Positions 13,147 to 25,980 of a stretch of DNA of 64,000 nt are shown here, in pieces. The translations under genes and the position numbers were made by a program. The stretch spans positions 55,181 through 119,180 of the forward strand of contig JAUCBJ010008517.1 in assembly GCA_032718475.1 (NCBI GenBank). The letters are read 5' to 3'. How positions within the stretch are numbered: position 1 is the first letter of the stretch; each line of letters begins with the position of its first letter. The notes under the pieces were generated by a model. It saw only the letters and a program-made list of their open reading frames with translations, did no database searches and was not told the origin of the DNA. Source of the stretch: Nemertoderma westbladi. Its lineage: Eukaryota > Animalia > Xenacoelomorpha.

Positions 13147-16100
13147 CTAGAATACAAAATAATAGTTAATCATAAGCAAAGAAAAAATTGTTTGAAGGCT
13201 TCTGACTATTATACCAGCGCACAGAATCAATTTCAGCATAATGTGTATTCACAAGCTTTTTGTATCAAATAGTAGCCCGACCCCAAACTGTAAGATTTAG
13301 TTTTATGTAAGAACCCTTGTCATAATGACCACATACGAAATTGGTGGGTAAATTTTATGCACCAACACCAATGGTATTCTTATCTATAAATACTAAATGT
13401 TATTCAGAATTTTGTGCAAAATAAATCCCACTTATAATTATAATTAACTCTGTTGGATATGAATGGATTGCTTACTTGGTCGTGACAAGCAGGATGTTGA
13501 ATGTAAAATGAGTACAGCGAATAGAGAGAACACCTCATATAAATTATGTATTCCTTTCCGGTAAATCTCGCGGCAAAAACCGACTCATTATTTTGCATAA
13601 TTAGCTTATATTCCCAGGGGTTTGTTTGTATTAAAGAAGGGAAAATACAAAGGTTATGAAAGTAATTACAGGGGTTACAAAGGCTTTTATAAAACCTAAT
13701 CACGAGTAATACAAAATATGTCTTCTAAAAATTACAATAAAAATAAATAAATTGTGGTTGAGCTTAAAATGAACGTGCAATGCAAGTTAATAATATTAAA
13801 AAAAGGTATATAAACAGTATAGTAAATAATAATAAAACAAAGTATAAAATATTATTGTATTAAATAATAATAAAATTGTTCATAGTTTTGGAATAAAAAA
13901 ATTTAGAACCACGTAATGGGGGTGGGGGGGGGGGGGGGTAAAACTAAAGTGATCGTGTGAAACACGAAACACCAAAGCCAACCCGAAGGCTCCTTTCTTT
14001 TGGTTGTTGCCTATAATACAGGATGGGTGCCGTCATTATACCGTATTGGGTTTGCATTAGTGTTTAAACGGGATCAGACTTTGGGGATCGCGACCGGGAT
14101 TATCACTCTCGGGATCCCGTATCCAGCCCAATCCCGATCTTGGGATCGGGATTGCAATTTTGGATTAAATTCCTTAAGTTATTAGTATATGTGGCGGGTT
14201 TTGGGTATTACTCACTTTATTTTACACCTCTGAAATATTAGTAAGATAAAGTTATATTAAAATATCTTATAATTGATTACTGGGTGGTTTACTGAAATAA
14301 AAATTAGATATAATCAAAACATTTCCTTTCTGCTGGAACTATTTATCGGATATTCAATATATTTACTTCACTATTTTTACTTCTGGATCCCGTTCCAAAA
14401 AAGTCGGGATCGGGATTGCATTTTTCGCCGGGATCGCGGTATTTCGGTTGCGGGATCCCCTTTATTAAACACTAAAGTTTGCATAACACTAAGTCGAAAG
14501 AGTTTTGCTTAGGGACACTACTGTGCGAAATTTCTACAGCCTTTGGTCGGATTTGAACGCGCTGTATCCACACGACAGACAATATCCTATAACTTAACTA
14601 TACCTAAATATGCGGCAAGGTACAGCATCGCGTGTTGCCATATCAACGCCTTCCTGGTAGAGCAGCAGTGGTGCGTTGTAGACAACCTGCTGCTCCCAGA
14701 TAGAGAAGTCAACGGCAGAAACGAACGAGTCTTTATCTGAGGTGAGTTCGAGATCGGTGTGTCCTGAATCGTCCAACATTAGGTTTCGGAATGTGGAGGT
14801 TGTTGTGTCTTCCAGAATACCGTGGGTTTCCCATTCCTCCTGTAAAAAAACAATATCATGTTTCCCTTTAAAACATATGTGAGGTGTTTAAACGGGATCA
14901 CGGCGAAAAATGCAATCCCGGTCCCGATCCCAATCCCGAATTTTTTGGACCGGGATCCCGAAGTAAAAATAGTAAATATATTGAATATCCGATAAATAGT
15001 TCCAGCAGAAAGGAAATGTTTTAATATTATCAAATTTTTATGTCAGTAAACCATCCAGTAATCAACATCAACATAATTTTAATATAACTTTATCTTACTA
15101 ATAATATTTCAGAGGTGTAAAAACTAAAAAGTGAGTGTTACCCAAAACCCGCCACAATGTGGCGGGTATATGTAGCGGCGCCACATATACTATTAACGTT
15201 AAGGAATGTAATCCAAAATTGCAATCCCGGTCCCGAGAAACGGTATCCCGAGTGATAATCCCGGTCCCGATCCCGGAAATCACGAAATGTCTGATCCCGT
15301 TTAAACACTAATATGTTAGTCCCATTTCAGGATTATGTTGTAAACCGAAATATATGGCAATCCTAAAAAGTAATACTTTACACCCCATGCAGACTGTTTC
15401 AAGCTTTATACCTAAGCATAGATAACTAAGATGAGATATTATATGTAACTGCGGCTACTGCGTTGAGTATAAGTTGTTTATCAGTCGAAGTTTGAGCGTC
15501 CTTGGTAAAGTAAAATAAACTCAATTCTTACATATTATCTTTATCACGCGTGAAAGAAAGTGACAGAGTCTTTAACAAATACAATACAATTAATATTCAA
15601 ATGAATAGGTTACAACCACAGACTCTTATAAAGTTACAACTATATAATACTCACTAATGAGCAGCTGTGGGTTGAAGCTGCACAAACCTGCAATGAATAT
15701 GCCACAGACAACAATCTGGAAAGTTTCTCAGAGAGCTGGTTACCACCATCTCCATAGCAACCAATAGAATGAGCGCGTTGTAAAGAATTAAGGGCGTCCT
15801 CCCAGGATTGTATCACTGTACGAAGGGCGATGACGCCTTTCCTAGCGAGGTCATCTGGGTCACCAATTGGAACTGTAATTAAAAAACAATTAATATAATA
15901 CGTGCGGATATAATTATAATTAGGTTTGGTATTTCGGTTAGAGATTGTTAATCAGGCACAAACACTGATTAATATTTGTGACACCATTGGAATTCGTTTG
16001 ATATTTAAGCTGTATGAATGTACTTGGTAGGTGTATTGTATTAACTAAAAACGTATGTTGGATAAAGTGTATGAGTACCACACGGATGTACCACACAAGT

Positions 16101-19100
16101 ACCACAACGTTATTAGTTGGCGCTAAAGTATAGTGAATTTAATATACCTCACCTTTTGGTCAGATATTTCGGATAACACAAACTAATAAATTAACTAATA
16201 CGAGATTGTTAAACTTTTATCTTTATAGTTTGGTCAATCAACTAACTCCTGCTTCCAACGTCAGTGACTGTGCTAGCCGAACTATCCGAGTTCCTTTGAC
16301 CGCGGCTAGATGGCGCTCTAGGAACGGGGTCTACGTAGGCTGAAGGGCGAACCGGGGACTCTGTGGTGGAAGACCTCTGAGAATGACCAACAAGGGGGTT
16401 AAACGGCTTCCTAGGAACGCTAGACGCACCTGAAGTGAAAGTAATGTGGTCAGGTAATACAGTGTACTTGTATATTTTGTTGTAATAAAGGAGTCAGTGC
16501 AATAATAGTTATTCAAATACAGCCGGGGGTTCTCGACGCTAACAAAATTCATTCCCCCTCTCCAGGGGAAAAACTACGATAATAACAGCTGGTTACTCCC
16601 AAAAATAAAACTGTAACCTGTACTATTGAATTTAGTTTATTGTTTTGGTTAGAATAACGTGGCATTGTACCTGCTCTGCTCCTTTCCCTAAGTTGATAAT
16701 TAGCAGAAACGGGATTTCTCTCATAAACCGCCTCTCTTTTAGTCTTTGTCTCTAAAATGTATGTATACGTAAAATATATATGTCGGAAAATATGATAATA
16801 TTCAAATAACTGCTGTGTGCCGCTGTGATGGTGTCTATATAATAATAACAACTAATAGCGTCATTTATTACCATGGTGACAGACAGATTGTAGTCTACTA
16901 TCTTTAGTAAACTGTAGTGATGCAGGATAATCAGTTGCGCCATCTAGTGGTGTGCGTTGGTAGTTACTATCGCCCTTTCGTTCCCTGACCGAACAAGAAT
17001 GACCGATGAACTCGAGCTCGCTATTAAATCGGTTAATAATATGCTGGAAGACGCTCGGCTCTAATGCGGGATAACCGTCGGAAAGAGACGACGTTTCGGT
17101 GACCTCACTGTCTGGGTAATAGGTCTGCGAGGCAGAAACAGAGCTGGAATCCATGGTAACAATGCTGATATCCGTGGGAGCAGTGCTTGGATTCGTGTAT
17201 CGCACTGAGTGTTTGCGACTAAATGGAATAACATACTTGTTAATATCCTTTACTGACTCAATGACGTCACTAACTTCAGCCTTACTGTAAACCGATTCAC
17301 ATCTAACGACCGCATCCTCAATAAGTTTGAGTTTATCCTCTACAATGATCGTCTGTTTCCATAACAACAACTGAAACTCTGTAGACTCCTCGGTGACACG
17401 GGATAGTTCCCTCAACTGCAGCAGGTATTTGGTGAAGAGAGTGGCCTCCAGTCGGTCGAAGCGGTTTAGTATGTTCTGGTAGATGTCCTGAGTAGAGTAA
17501 AAGTTCACAAGGTCGGGAAGCAGAGCGTTGGTGTCAGGGCAGTCCGATATCGGTGGAGAAATACCGGCGGAGTCGGATATCAAATGTGGAATATCCCTGT
17601 CTGCAGAGTCGAATATCAAGTGAGACATATCTCTGTTTGGAGTCCCAGGTTTCAAGTGAGACATATCTCTGTTTGGAGTACCAGGTATCAAGTGAGACAT
17701 ATCTCTGTCTGGAGTACCAGGTATCAAGTGAGCCATATCTCTGTCTGGAGTACCAGGTATCAAGTGAGACATATCTCTGTCAGTACCAGGTATCAAGTCA
17801 GACATATCTCTGTCTGGAGTACCAGGTATCAAGTTAGACATATCTTTGTCTGGAGTACCAGGTATCAAGTTATGAAAACAAATTAAGAAAACCTTCGTTT
17901 GCAGATTCGTATGTCAAGGTAACAAGATACTCAGCATCCATTCCATATGATTCATACATGAATAATCTCGCCAACCACAATATAAGGTAATATGGACTAG
18001 CGTTCAGAGAGATTCATATAACTTAACGTACGATTAAGTTATTATTGTAACTTAATATAACACAAGAAAATAAATACCCAGAAATATAGTTACTCAAACT
18101 CAGAAAAGCAATAACGACTATATAAATTATATACCTCCTCCGCCTTTCTGATTACCAACATATGCTGCTCAATTCAACTACACTAGTCGGGATTAGCTCC
18201 GTTTGAGGCTACTACACTACATACATCCCTGAGTTCATCTAACACATCTTGATTGTAAACATGACGAGAATTGATGCCAATAATGTTAAATATCCAAAGA
18301 CAAGTGAAGTTTGCAGATAGGGGAAACTGGACGCAAATAACAGATGATTACTCTCAAAAATAAAACTGTAACATGTTCTATTGTGCTTAGTTTATTGTTT
18401 TGGTTAAAATGACGTGCCACTGTAACCTGCTCCTTTCAACAAATTGAGAATTTAACATTGAGGCGGGATATTAATTCGCCAAGGCGGGTTATGCGTCCAG
18501 TTCCCCCCCCCCCCCCCCCCTGTCTCGAAGTTTGATATGGGAGGTTGGAGCAACCTTTGGTCGTCACGTTATGACGGTCATTCAGCAGTATCGCAAATAC
18601 TGCTGAGTGATTTGTAAAATTGTATAAAAATGTACAATTTTTGCCAATAACAAATAAAAATTTTTGTCAAAAACAAAAATAATGAATAATAAAGTAAGGA
18701 AAGGATAACGGTTTTGCTTTTACAACTACCTACAGAGCTACACGGCCCCCTCGGGCCCTCACCCCAAAACCATGTATCAACAAGTTCGGTCATTTTGAGA
18801 AGAACGCAGGAGGCCTGACTTTTATATTGAATTATACGTACTATCGGCCAATTTATTGCAAAAATTAAATATATATTGATATTACTTTTTTGAATTTTCA
18901 CAATAGCAGCTTATATGAAGCTAAGTTGGGAATGCTTGGTTTTGGCATGAAAGTTTTACATAATTTAGTAGAAAATTTAAATTATTTTAATTCAAAACCG
19001 TCTATCTGCATTGTTGTTATATTATTATTTGCTGTAATATTATTGTTATATAGTTTTAAAAGGTCTTACCCAATTCAGTTTATAACCGCCTGTTGATAAT

Positions 19101-21546
19101 ATGAGTTAACAATAATTATAAAACCTTTTCGCAGTTCATCCCTCCGGTTCTCCATCCTACCCAACATTCAGGTCCTTGACTCGAACTACGGACTTCGTAT
19201 TATACCACCACGCTCGTTGAGTTAGAGGCATAAAGTCAGCAAGTTCCTTGACAATGGATAGTTTCTATAAATTACTGCTTATTCCGCGTTCAACGCAATT
19301 CATGTTAGGTATTTCATTTGTAAAACCGTAACACTAATATTCTATTCGCCAAAACGTGTGATGTATGACATATGGCATGACCCCTTTACAAACTTGACTT
19401 CGACAATGTCCGCCAGATGAGGAATTAATTAATTAATAATTAATTACTTCAAAAAGTCTTACCGGTATGTTTTTTAAAGCTCTTATTTCTATTGGGAACA
19501 TAGGGAAATACTAATGCATTTGTTTTGGTTACATTCAGCCATTCTGTAACCTTGGATTTTAGTGTGTAAACTGTAAAGTAAAATATAACGGCAGAAAGTC
19601 CGATATATATTTCACGTGGGCCATTTTACTAGAAACATGTAGCACTGCGGTTAATCAATTGTTGTCTAAGAACTATTTCTCATTAACTTACTTTCGATAT
19701 CCGTTACAGGTAGCCGCTTATTCCCGTACCATATCGATTGCCCGACGAGACTCACTCACTATGGTTAATCAATAAAATTGGACCAATCAACCTACAGATA
19801 ATACCACGAACTCCTTTAACTAAGCAAATCCTGACGGAGGTTTAATCCCTGAAATTTAATTATAATCCGGTCTTATCTAACCCACACCACACCAATCTAG
19901 TAATAATATATCATTTTAATACTGTGAATGAATGCAATGACATATTTAATTAATATTAATATGATATTTTGTCTGTATTTATTAACGTCTAGCGCCAATT
20001 TCATCATCACATACCCTTTTTTAGTGCAAAATTTAAGAAAACAATGTCACATTATTTTGGATTTGGATCACGTAATAGCGACGTTAATCTTATTATATAT
20101 TTTGTGGTTCAAATAATTTATTGTACACAACAAAATGAAAAAGGTACCAAACAACAAAAAATTCGGTAATTTATAAACATTTATCTCAAACGACACAAAT
20201 GGTATAAAATTTGCTACATCAAATTAATTACAAAAAACGTATATATTTCATTTTAAATGTTTTTGATGAGCCAAACACCACACACACGTGAATAAAAAAT
20301 TTTGGGATTATAAAGAAATCTATATATTGGTATTCAATTTTGAATGTCACACATTTTGTTTAAATTGCAAAATATAACATAAACAAGTTAAATAAACAGA
20401 AAAAAGCCGTAGACATTCCGCAACTGACACATTTCGCCAAATGGGAGGCATTATCAGGAGCCTCAAGCTACCTGTCCTGGAGAGGCGGTGACGTATAGTA
20501 CATAAGTCCAACAAGCGGGTTTTGTTTTGTTGTAGAGCATGTACGTACTTGTACTTACTTGTTACCGTGACAACGCTGCTCGCCCTAGACGACAGGGCAT
20601 AGGGTCTGCGGGAGACCCCACTGGGGAGCACCTGCCTCGATTTAACGTTACCATCGCGACCAGGGAACACCTCCAACCAGGGCTTACCGACACTAGATCG
20701 CTGGCGACGCCGCCTGCGGGAGGCAATGGAATAAACAAGTTATCACTAAATTATCTTATAAACTGCGACTTTAATCACAAAATATACAGTTAATATTAAT
20801 TTCAACGAATTCTTGCAATTGTATCGCTTCAGATTATACCTAATTTTTATCAGTTCTTCTGAGTGCAAGAGATATAACATGGGACCATCTTCAGCTTTTA
20901 ACTATCAGCTTGGGATCTACAAAGTGACTCCTGTTTCTTTTTACATATTTTTTATTGTTATTTCTCAGACTTACATATTTCTTTTAAACTTGCTGCACTG
21001 ACGCAGATTGGCTCGTATAAATCACCACAAACACTTCATTATCGATATCAACAACACCACAGAAAAAACACCAGATTTAATTGCTGTATTTGCATGTCTA
21101 AATACCTTGAACCTTCTTGAAGGCTTGTCTTGACACACTTAAGAGTTCTCTTCAGGTAAAAATTGGTAATTACTTTGGGGATTACCTTCAACCCTAAATA
21201 GCTATGATGAAGCGAATGTTGACTGATTCTGACGGTCCAATGGTACGTCATTATCATTACCTTAATGAGTCTTAAGATTGCCTTAATATTCACCAGTTTT
21301 TCATCACAAGTTTAAAAATATCACAAATTTATGTTATAAACTTACAAAATAAACTTACTTTATTCATTCAAATTTATATAAAAACAAAGAAGATACTGAC
21401 CTCCACACTAGGTAGGGTGCTACTACGACGGCGACTACGGAAACCATTACAGGAATGTGTCGCGGTTTCGTGGCTTTTATGTATCCCCATAGTAACCAAT
21501 GCAAAGTTTTAATCTGACCAATCAAATTTGAGTATTGCGTGGACAT
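12895..21546 (-). CDS. MIGA: Mitoguardin (MIGA/FAM73)-like gene, spliced, 3' part outside window; exons 21546-21401, 20713-20559, 17849-16872, 16429-16247, 15872-15688, 14839-14604, 13146-12895
   Basis: All junctions are GT-AG with matching phases (2,1,1,1,0,2,2). N-terminal hydrophobic segment followed by RRRR. Motifs WEDAL, EKLSRLLSVAYSLQEE, DSFVSA, VPCRIFRTSLVGCLSDIDFLAKVYCLRAAF and EEELAYR resemble mitoguardin as I recall it (no database search run). Confidence 0.9.
14058..14474 (+). mobile_element. Non-autonomous hAT-like MITE, copy 1
   Basis: Termini TAGTGTTTAA...TTAAACACTA, many subterminal CGGGAT/ATCCCG motifs, near-duplicated flank GTTTGCAT. Confidence 0.75.
14604..14839 (-). CDS. 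MIGA: MIGA coding exon 6 with FFAT-like motif
   Basis: Acceptor ttttttacag|GAG and donor TTTAG|gtatag. Translates EEWETH...ELTSDKDSFVSAVDF...LYQEGVDMATRDAVPCRIFR. Confidence 0.92.
14883..15310 (-). mobile_element. Non-autonomous hAT-like MITE, copy 2, inverted relative to copy 1
   Basis: Termini GTGTTTAAACGGGATC...GATCCCGTTTAAACACTA. Interior is the reverse complement of 14058-14474. ATATGT occurs on both flanks. Confidence 0.75.
15688..15872 (-). CDS. MIGA: MIGA coding exon 5
   Basis: Acceptor ttttttaattacag|TT and donor CAG|gtttgt. Translates PIGDPDDLARKGVIALRTVIQSWEDALNSL...LSEKLSRLLSVAYSLQ. An alternative in-frame donor (gtgagt) follows 15655. Confidence 0.88.
16247..16429 (-). CDS. MIGA: MIGA coding exon 4 (Ser/Pro-rich linker)
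   Basis: Acceptor tttcacttcag|GT and donor AGGA|gttagt. 183 nt, phase 1-1, open frame ASSVPRKPFNPLVGHSQRSS...VTDVGSR. Confidence 0.75.
16872..17849 (-). CDS. MIGA: Putative large MIGA exon 3 (978 nt, symmetric phase 1-1) with N-terminal 12-aa repeats
   Basis: Lies within the 335-aa ORF 16861-17868. Acceptor tactccag|AC and donor CATG|gtaata match neighbouring phases. No homology recognised, and the true acceptor is ambiguous. Confidence 0.6.
17600..17870 (-). repeat. 36-bp tandem repeat (~7 copies; MSHLIPGTPDRD) overlapping the exon-3 acceptor
   Basis: Plus-strand unit GTATCAAGTGAGACATATCTCTGTCTGGAGTACCAG. One unit is 33 bp. Confidence 0.9.
20559..20713 (-). CDS. MIGA: MIGA coding exon 2
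   Basis: Acceptor cctcccgcag|G and donor ACAA|gtaagt. Translates RRRRQRSSVGKPWLEVFPG...SSRASSVVTVT. Confidence 0.8.
21401..21546 (-). CDS. MIGA: MIGA first coding exon with transmembrane anchor
   Basis: Acceptor aatacag|TCATG and donor TGGAG|gtcagt. Translates MSTQYSNL...IPVMVSVVAVVVAPYLVWR. Confidence 0.8.
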
Positions 21547-21701
21547 GACTGTATTTGAATAGATTCACTCCTAATAAAAATAATTTAAAAGGTAAGGCCA
21601 ACTTAAATGCCTGTGAAACATATAAATTAAATGAATTGGAGTTGAGCTGTTAAATGCAACTGTAATTCTTGATGTAATATAAAGGTTTTGTTCAGAAATT
21701 A

Positions 21702-21995
21702 AAAAAAATGAGGAAGTACGTCACCGGGGGTTGAACCAGCGCTATACGTACGTTTCAGCCTATCAGGCTCAGGCTTCACGGTTCGCGCTAACCAGTTCAG
21801 CCACTTGCCCCTGACACTTGTTCAAAGTTTGCCACTTGCCCATCTAATCAACTTCTATTGAACAGGCAGTCTTAAGTTGCATATCCTATCCCAGGGACAA
21901 GTGGATGAACTGGTTAGCGCTATTCAAGAGGCCTGATAGGCCGAAACGTACGTATATCGCTGGTTCAACCCCCGGTGACGTGCTTCCCCTTGTTT
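21702..21995. mobile_element. Head-to-head pair of short tRNA-derived SINE-like elements containing hammerhead ribozyme remnants
   Basis: Arms ~21702-21815 and ~21892-21995 are reverse complements. They contain an A-box-like GTGGCTGAACTGG and the motif GGCC-tgata-GGCC-GAAAC-GTAC-GTA. The left copy ends in a T-run on the minus strand. Confidence 0.6.
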
Positions 21996-22374
21996 CCATT
22001 TCCGTACCGTAAGACCTACAATCAGAAAACATCAACTAGAATGTATCATATTCCACGTATAAATGGAGCTCACAAAGTTTTTTTTCATTATTAAAGAAGA
22101 TAATTGGTCTGTGGTAAATAAAGTCAGTAGCAGTGCCACTAGTGTTAGTTTTGACTTGAAACGTGTGAACGGAAGGTAATATTATTATTAATTAAAATAT
22201 TATTATATTATATTCATTATTGTTAAATATTTATAATATATTAATTACATTTATTTTTCATGTTTTAGTAATTTCTTATTAACTAATATTTTCATATTTT
22301 ATTATATGTATTAGAAAATGATATTTTAACGTTATTTAGGGACAGCGAACGCCAGATTAATGATAAAAACTCAC

Positions 22375-22564
22375 CTGCGGCGGTGTCGCGTAGGGAAAAG
22401 TGAGAGCCAAGTCAGTACCGGTACCTGCTGGCTGCTGCAGTGGCAGTCCAGTGGTAAGGTACAATGGATAGAATGGACTCTGCAGTCTGCACTGCCGTAC
22501 TTCAAGTTCTTGTAGCGCTAGTTTGATTCTGCACCCGGTAGTCGGTTAAACTTAATCTAGTAAT
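22375..22564 (-). other. Probable non-coding 5'-UTR exon of MIGA
   Basis: Acceptor ttttgtctttgtag and strong donor CAG|gtgagt. GC-richer than flanks, no ATG seen. A further donor (CTG|gtgagt) near 23089 suggests a first exon at about 23.1-23.3 kb. Confidence 0.5.
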
Positions 22565-23699
22565 CTACAAAGACAAAAATTAATCAGATCATTTCGCAAA
22601 AAGTTTTAGAACAAACAATCAGAAAGTGTTAGGCTATATTATGTGAAACATACAATGTGGTTAAACAATGTGGCTGTGCCCGCTGAGTGGTCCAATTTAT
22701 ACTTTCCACTACTACCAACCCGTACGGTCCCGTCCCAAGCTCACACGCACACGAGCAATGCAATGGGGACAAGAGCATGACATCGTGTCTAAGCATACCA
22801 CATACTGACATAGCGGTACTTTAGCAAAGCTTCTTTCTGGCCGAACAGCCGAACCTATTCGTTTCGTACCCCCTATTGCCAGATTGCCCTATTTCTACAG
22901 GATTCCAATATATAAAATAAAATATAATTTAATTCTAAACAGCCAGAGAGTGAGAGAGAGCGATGTAATGTCAGTGTGATTCAATGAATGTGACCGTCTG
23001 ACACTGACATTACTGCATTATGCTTTTACAGGCCGTACCCGCCTGTCCGCCAAAACCCAGTACAGCAGTAAGACCAAACAAACACTCACCAGCTGGCCGT
23101 GCCTCTCCATTGCTTTATAAACCAAACACGTGAACAAATTCTGACGGTCCGACGATCTTTATAAACAATACAAGTATAACTGATCCAGTGATCATTGGCA
23201 TTGCTGAGTGCACAATCTGATACCGGTACTTGTATTGCAGCACTGTTCAGTATAAATTTTAATGGGAACTGCCACAGCACACAGTCCAGCAGTCTGACTG
23301 AAGAACGTACTGGGGTATTTAAATTTCCCGCTACCGTTTGTTTCACTATTTGAAATTGAAATTGTTTAATTGACATCAAATAAGGTTAAAATAAATCTGC
23401 ATAATTAAACATTACCGGTAAAAACAAGATAATCCATTATACAGTAGTTATAGTTAATGCATCAAAGAAATTGAGACGTTAGTTAAGCTATAGTGTAAGT
23501 GTGTTGTCAAAGTGCATTTCGTGGGCGTATAATTTGTGGTCAGCGTTTCCTGTGTAAAGGGTGGTTAAGTAATGGGTAAGTTTTGCATGGTGAGAGTGAG
23601 TCTAGATGATGATGTCGGGGATAGCCCTAAGATACATATAGTATTCTCGTTCTCATGGGGGTCCCCTTAAAGCGGGGAAGTTATCGGTATGGTCGGTGT

Positions 23700-24650
23700 A
23701 CTACTACTACTACTACTATACTAGGATCGGCATGCTGCATTCCTGCATTGCAGCTGAATTTTTAAGAATGCTGTGCCGGCTGGTTGACAAAATAGCGCCG
23801 CCACAACTGCCTGTCACCCATGATATTTGCTAGATCATCCGCATCTTCAAGGCCAGTGTCCTTTAAGATGCATCTCAATAAAGTCATGTCCACCATGCTT
23901 ATTCACTCCATGAGGCTGCCATAACACAAGATTATGCACTGGCTGGTCCTCACGGCGAAAGCAATGTCCTGCAAAGCGGTGGCGGCTTTGTTCTAGTGTC
24001 AAGCTTGGGGGAACCATTGAGACACCTCCAATGTTATTTAGTGTCTGGTTGGAAATGTGTGCATTGTACTTGACACAGTGAACCCGGCGTAGCATTCTTG
24101 TGAATGTGCCATCCAGAGAATTCGTGTCCTCAGCAGTTAGAGCCCAGCATGGATTCCCATAGAGGAGTACTGGAACTACTGCTGCTCTAAATTATCGGAC
24201 CTTAATTAAGTTTCCGATTAATTCTATTTGACTTCCAAATCCGGAAAGCCTACTCAAAGCTGCCCATGCCTTTCCCTTACGTATTCGATGCTCCGCACCT
24301 GACTTCCGGATCCATGATCCCAGGTAACAGAAGTCGTCCACATGTTCAAGCATACCATTCTTTGAGCTTATGCTCATGCTCATCCGATCAGAGACTTGCT
24401 GAGAACTTTCAAAGTTAAATGTCAAAATTTTGGTCTTTTAGTAGTTAATAAAAAGACCAACACTAGAAGCAGCATGTTCTAATGAGCTGAGGAGCCGTTG
24501 GGCTCCCCCTAATGATTCTGAGAGTACTCCTAAGTCATCAGCAAAGTCTAGATCAGTTAGGTACTCGGCAGGATTTCCTCGACTTCTGGAGCCAGTAGGT
24601 GGAGTTACCATCACCCCACCATCATTATGATGATCTAAGGACATGTGTAG
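23700..24650 (-). mobile_element. 5'-truncated RTE-clade LINE fragment, frameshifted
   Basis: ORF pieces with LTDLDFADDL, VDDFCYLGS and RFAGHCFR. (TAG)n 3' tail at about 23700-23722. Confidence 0.9.
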
Positions 24651-25980
24651 ACATGTGTGGTCGGAGTAACATACTATTTAGTTTTGAGCTGTGGGGGATT
24701 GCATATGGTCTGTATGGTATTGATAGGCATGGCAAAATATCACAAATACACAATATAAATGATTACATATAAATTACTCGAATTTACATACGAAATAAAA
24801 TAAAAGAGTTAGATTCGGTTTGAATTCGAACATACTAGATTATACGGATTGAAATAAAATTACAACAGATTAATTATGAACGATTTAAATTCACACTTAC
24901 AGTAACAACCAAAATATTACCGAAATATTAACCCGAAATGTGTAGGGAAAATACACAGTAAAAGGACGTACATTAAGATATAAGATATGTTAATGGAGAT
25001 AAAATATAATGTACATACTATATACATGTAGTTACACCATTACTAATCCGAGTCGGCTATTCATTAAGGCCATTCGTTAAAGAAGTTATTAAAAGAGCTT
25101 GAAAAATCCACTGAAATATAAAATACACTGTAAATATACCAAAAAGTTAAAATACATAGGATACTATAAAATACTGAGTTTAAGAGTTATTTATTATTAA
25201 TCAGCATCATATCACTATAATATTTAGGATCGCATAGAGCCAGCGTATCGGAACCCGCAAGTCAAGGTCCTTTGTTAATAAAACTATTATAAAAGTCCGT
25301 AAATACACTGAAGTATAAAGTACATAGTAAAGATACAATAAAAAAAATAATAAAATACATAGTATACTATAAAATACGTATTTAAAGGGGGTTAGGGCTT
25401 GTAAGGTTCTAGAATTCTTGATCAGCACCATAGCACAGGTCGTTCGTTATAATATAACAGCTATTGTAAATGAGCATCATATCACTATAATATTTCAGTC
25501 AATAATATTTAATATAATATTTATTTTCATGTCTATTACTGAATATTTATGGGACTTGGAGTAAGCGTTCTGATTTGCTTAATTAACTTATTTTGAAGCG
25601 AAAATAATGACTGTGGAGTCTGCCTTCGAATGTTCGAGGAGTGTATCCAAAATAAGTCACGGATCAAATACAGTATAATGCTATTATACAGTATATCTGT
25701 AAGGATTTTTATGTTCGGATAAAAGGCAACAATTGTATACTATGGAAGATATGTCTCGGCTAGATCGAGGGGACTTTGCTGCCAATATTATTGGATTGTA
25801 CTGTACCGTGCGTCCGCGCGAGGGTCGGAAATCTCCGAAGGTCGATGGGGGCTCAGTGGTCGTGAAGCATCGAGACTCGAGATGATGGTCCGGGAGGTCA
25901 GTGACCGGAGGGTGAAAGACCTAGAGACCAGGGGTACCCGGTTATGTACGAAGGTCCTCCATGTGAGGGGGGGGGGGGGG

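Noticed and set aside
19125-19264. Possible additional MIGA exon (GC-richer patch)
   Set aside because: It has stop codons in all three minus-strand frames.
21892-21995. Functional tRNA gene
   Set aside because: It has A/B-box-like motifs but no complete cloverleaf, and is better explained as a SINE-like repeat.
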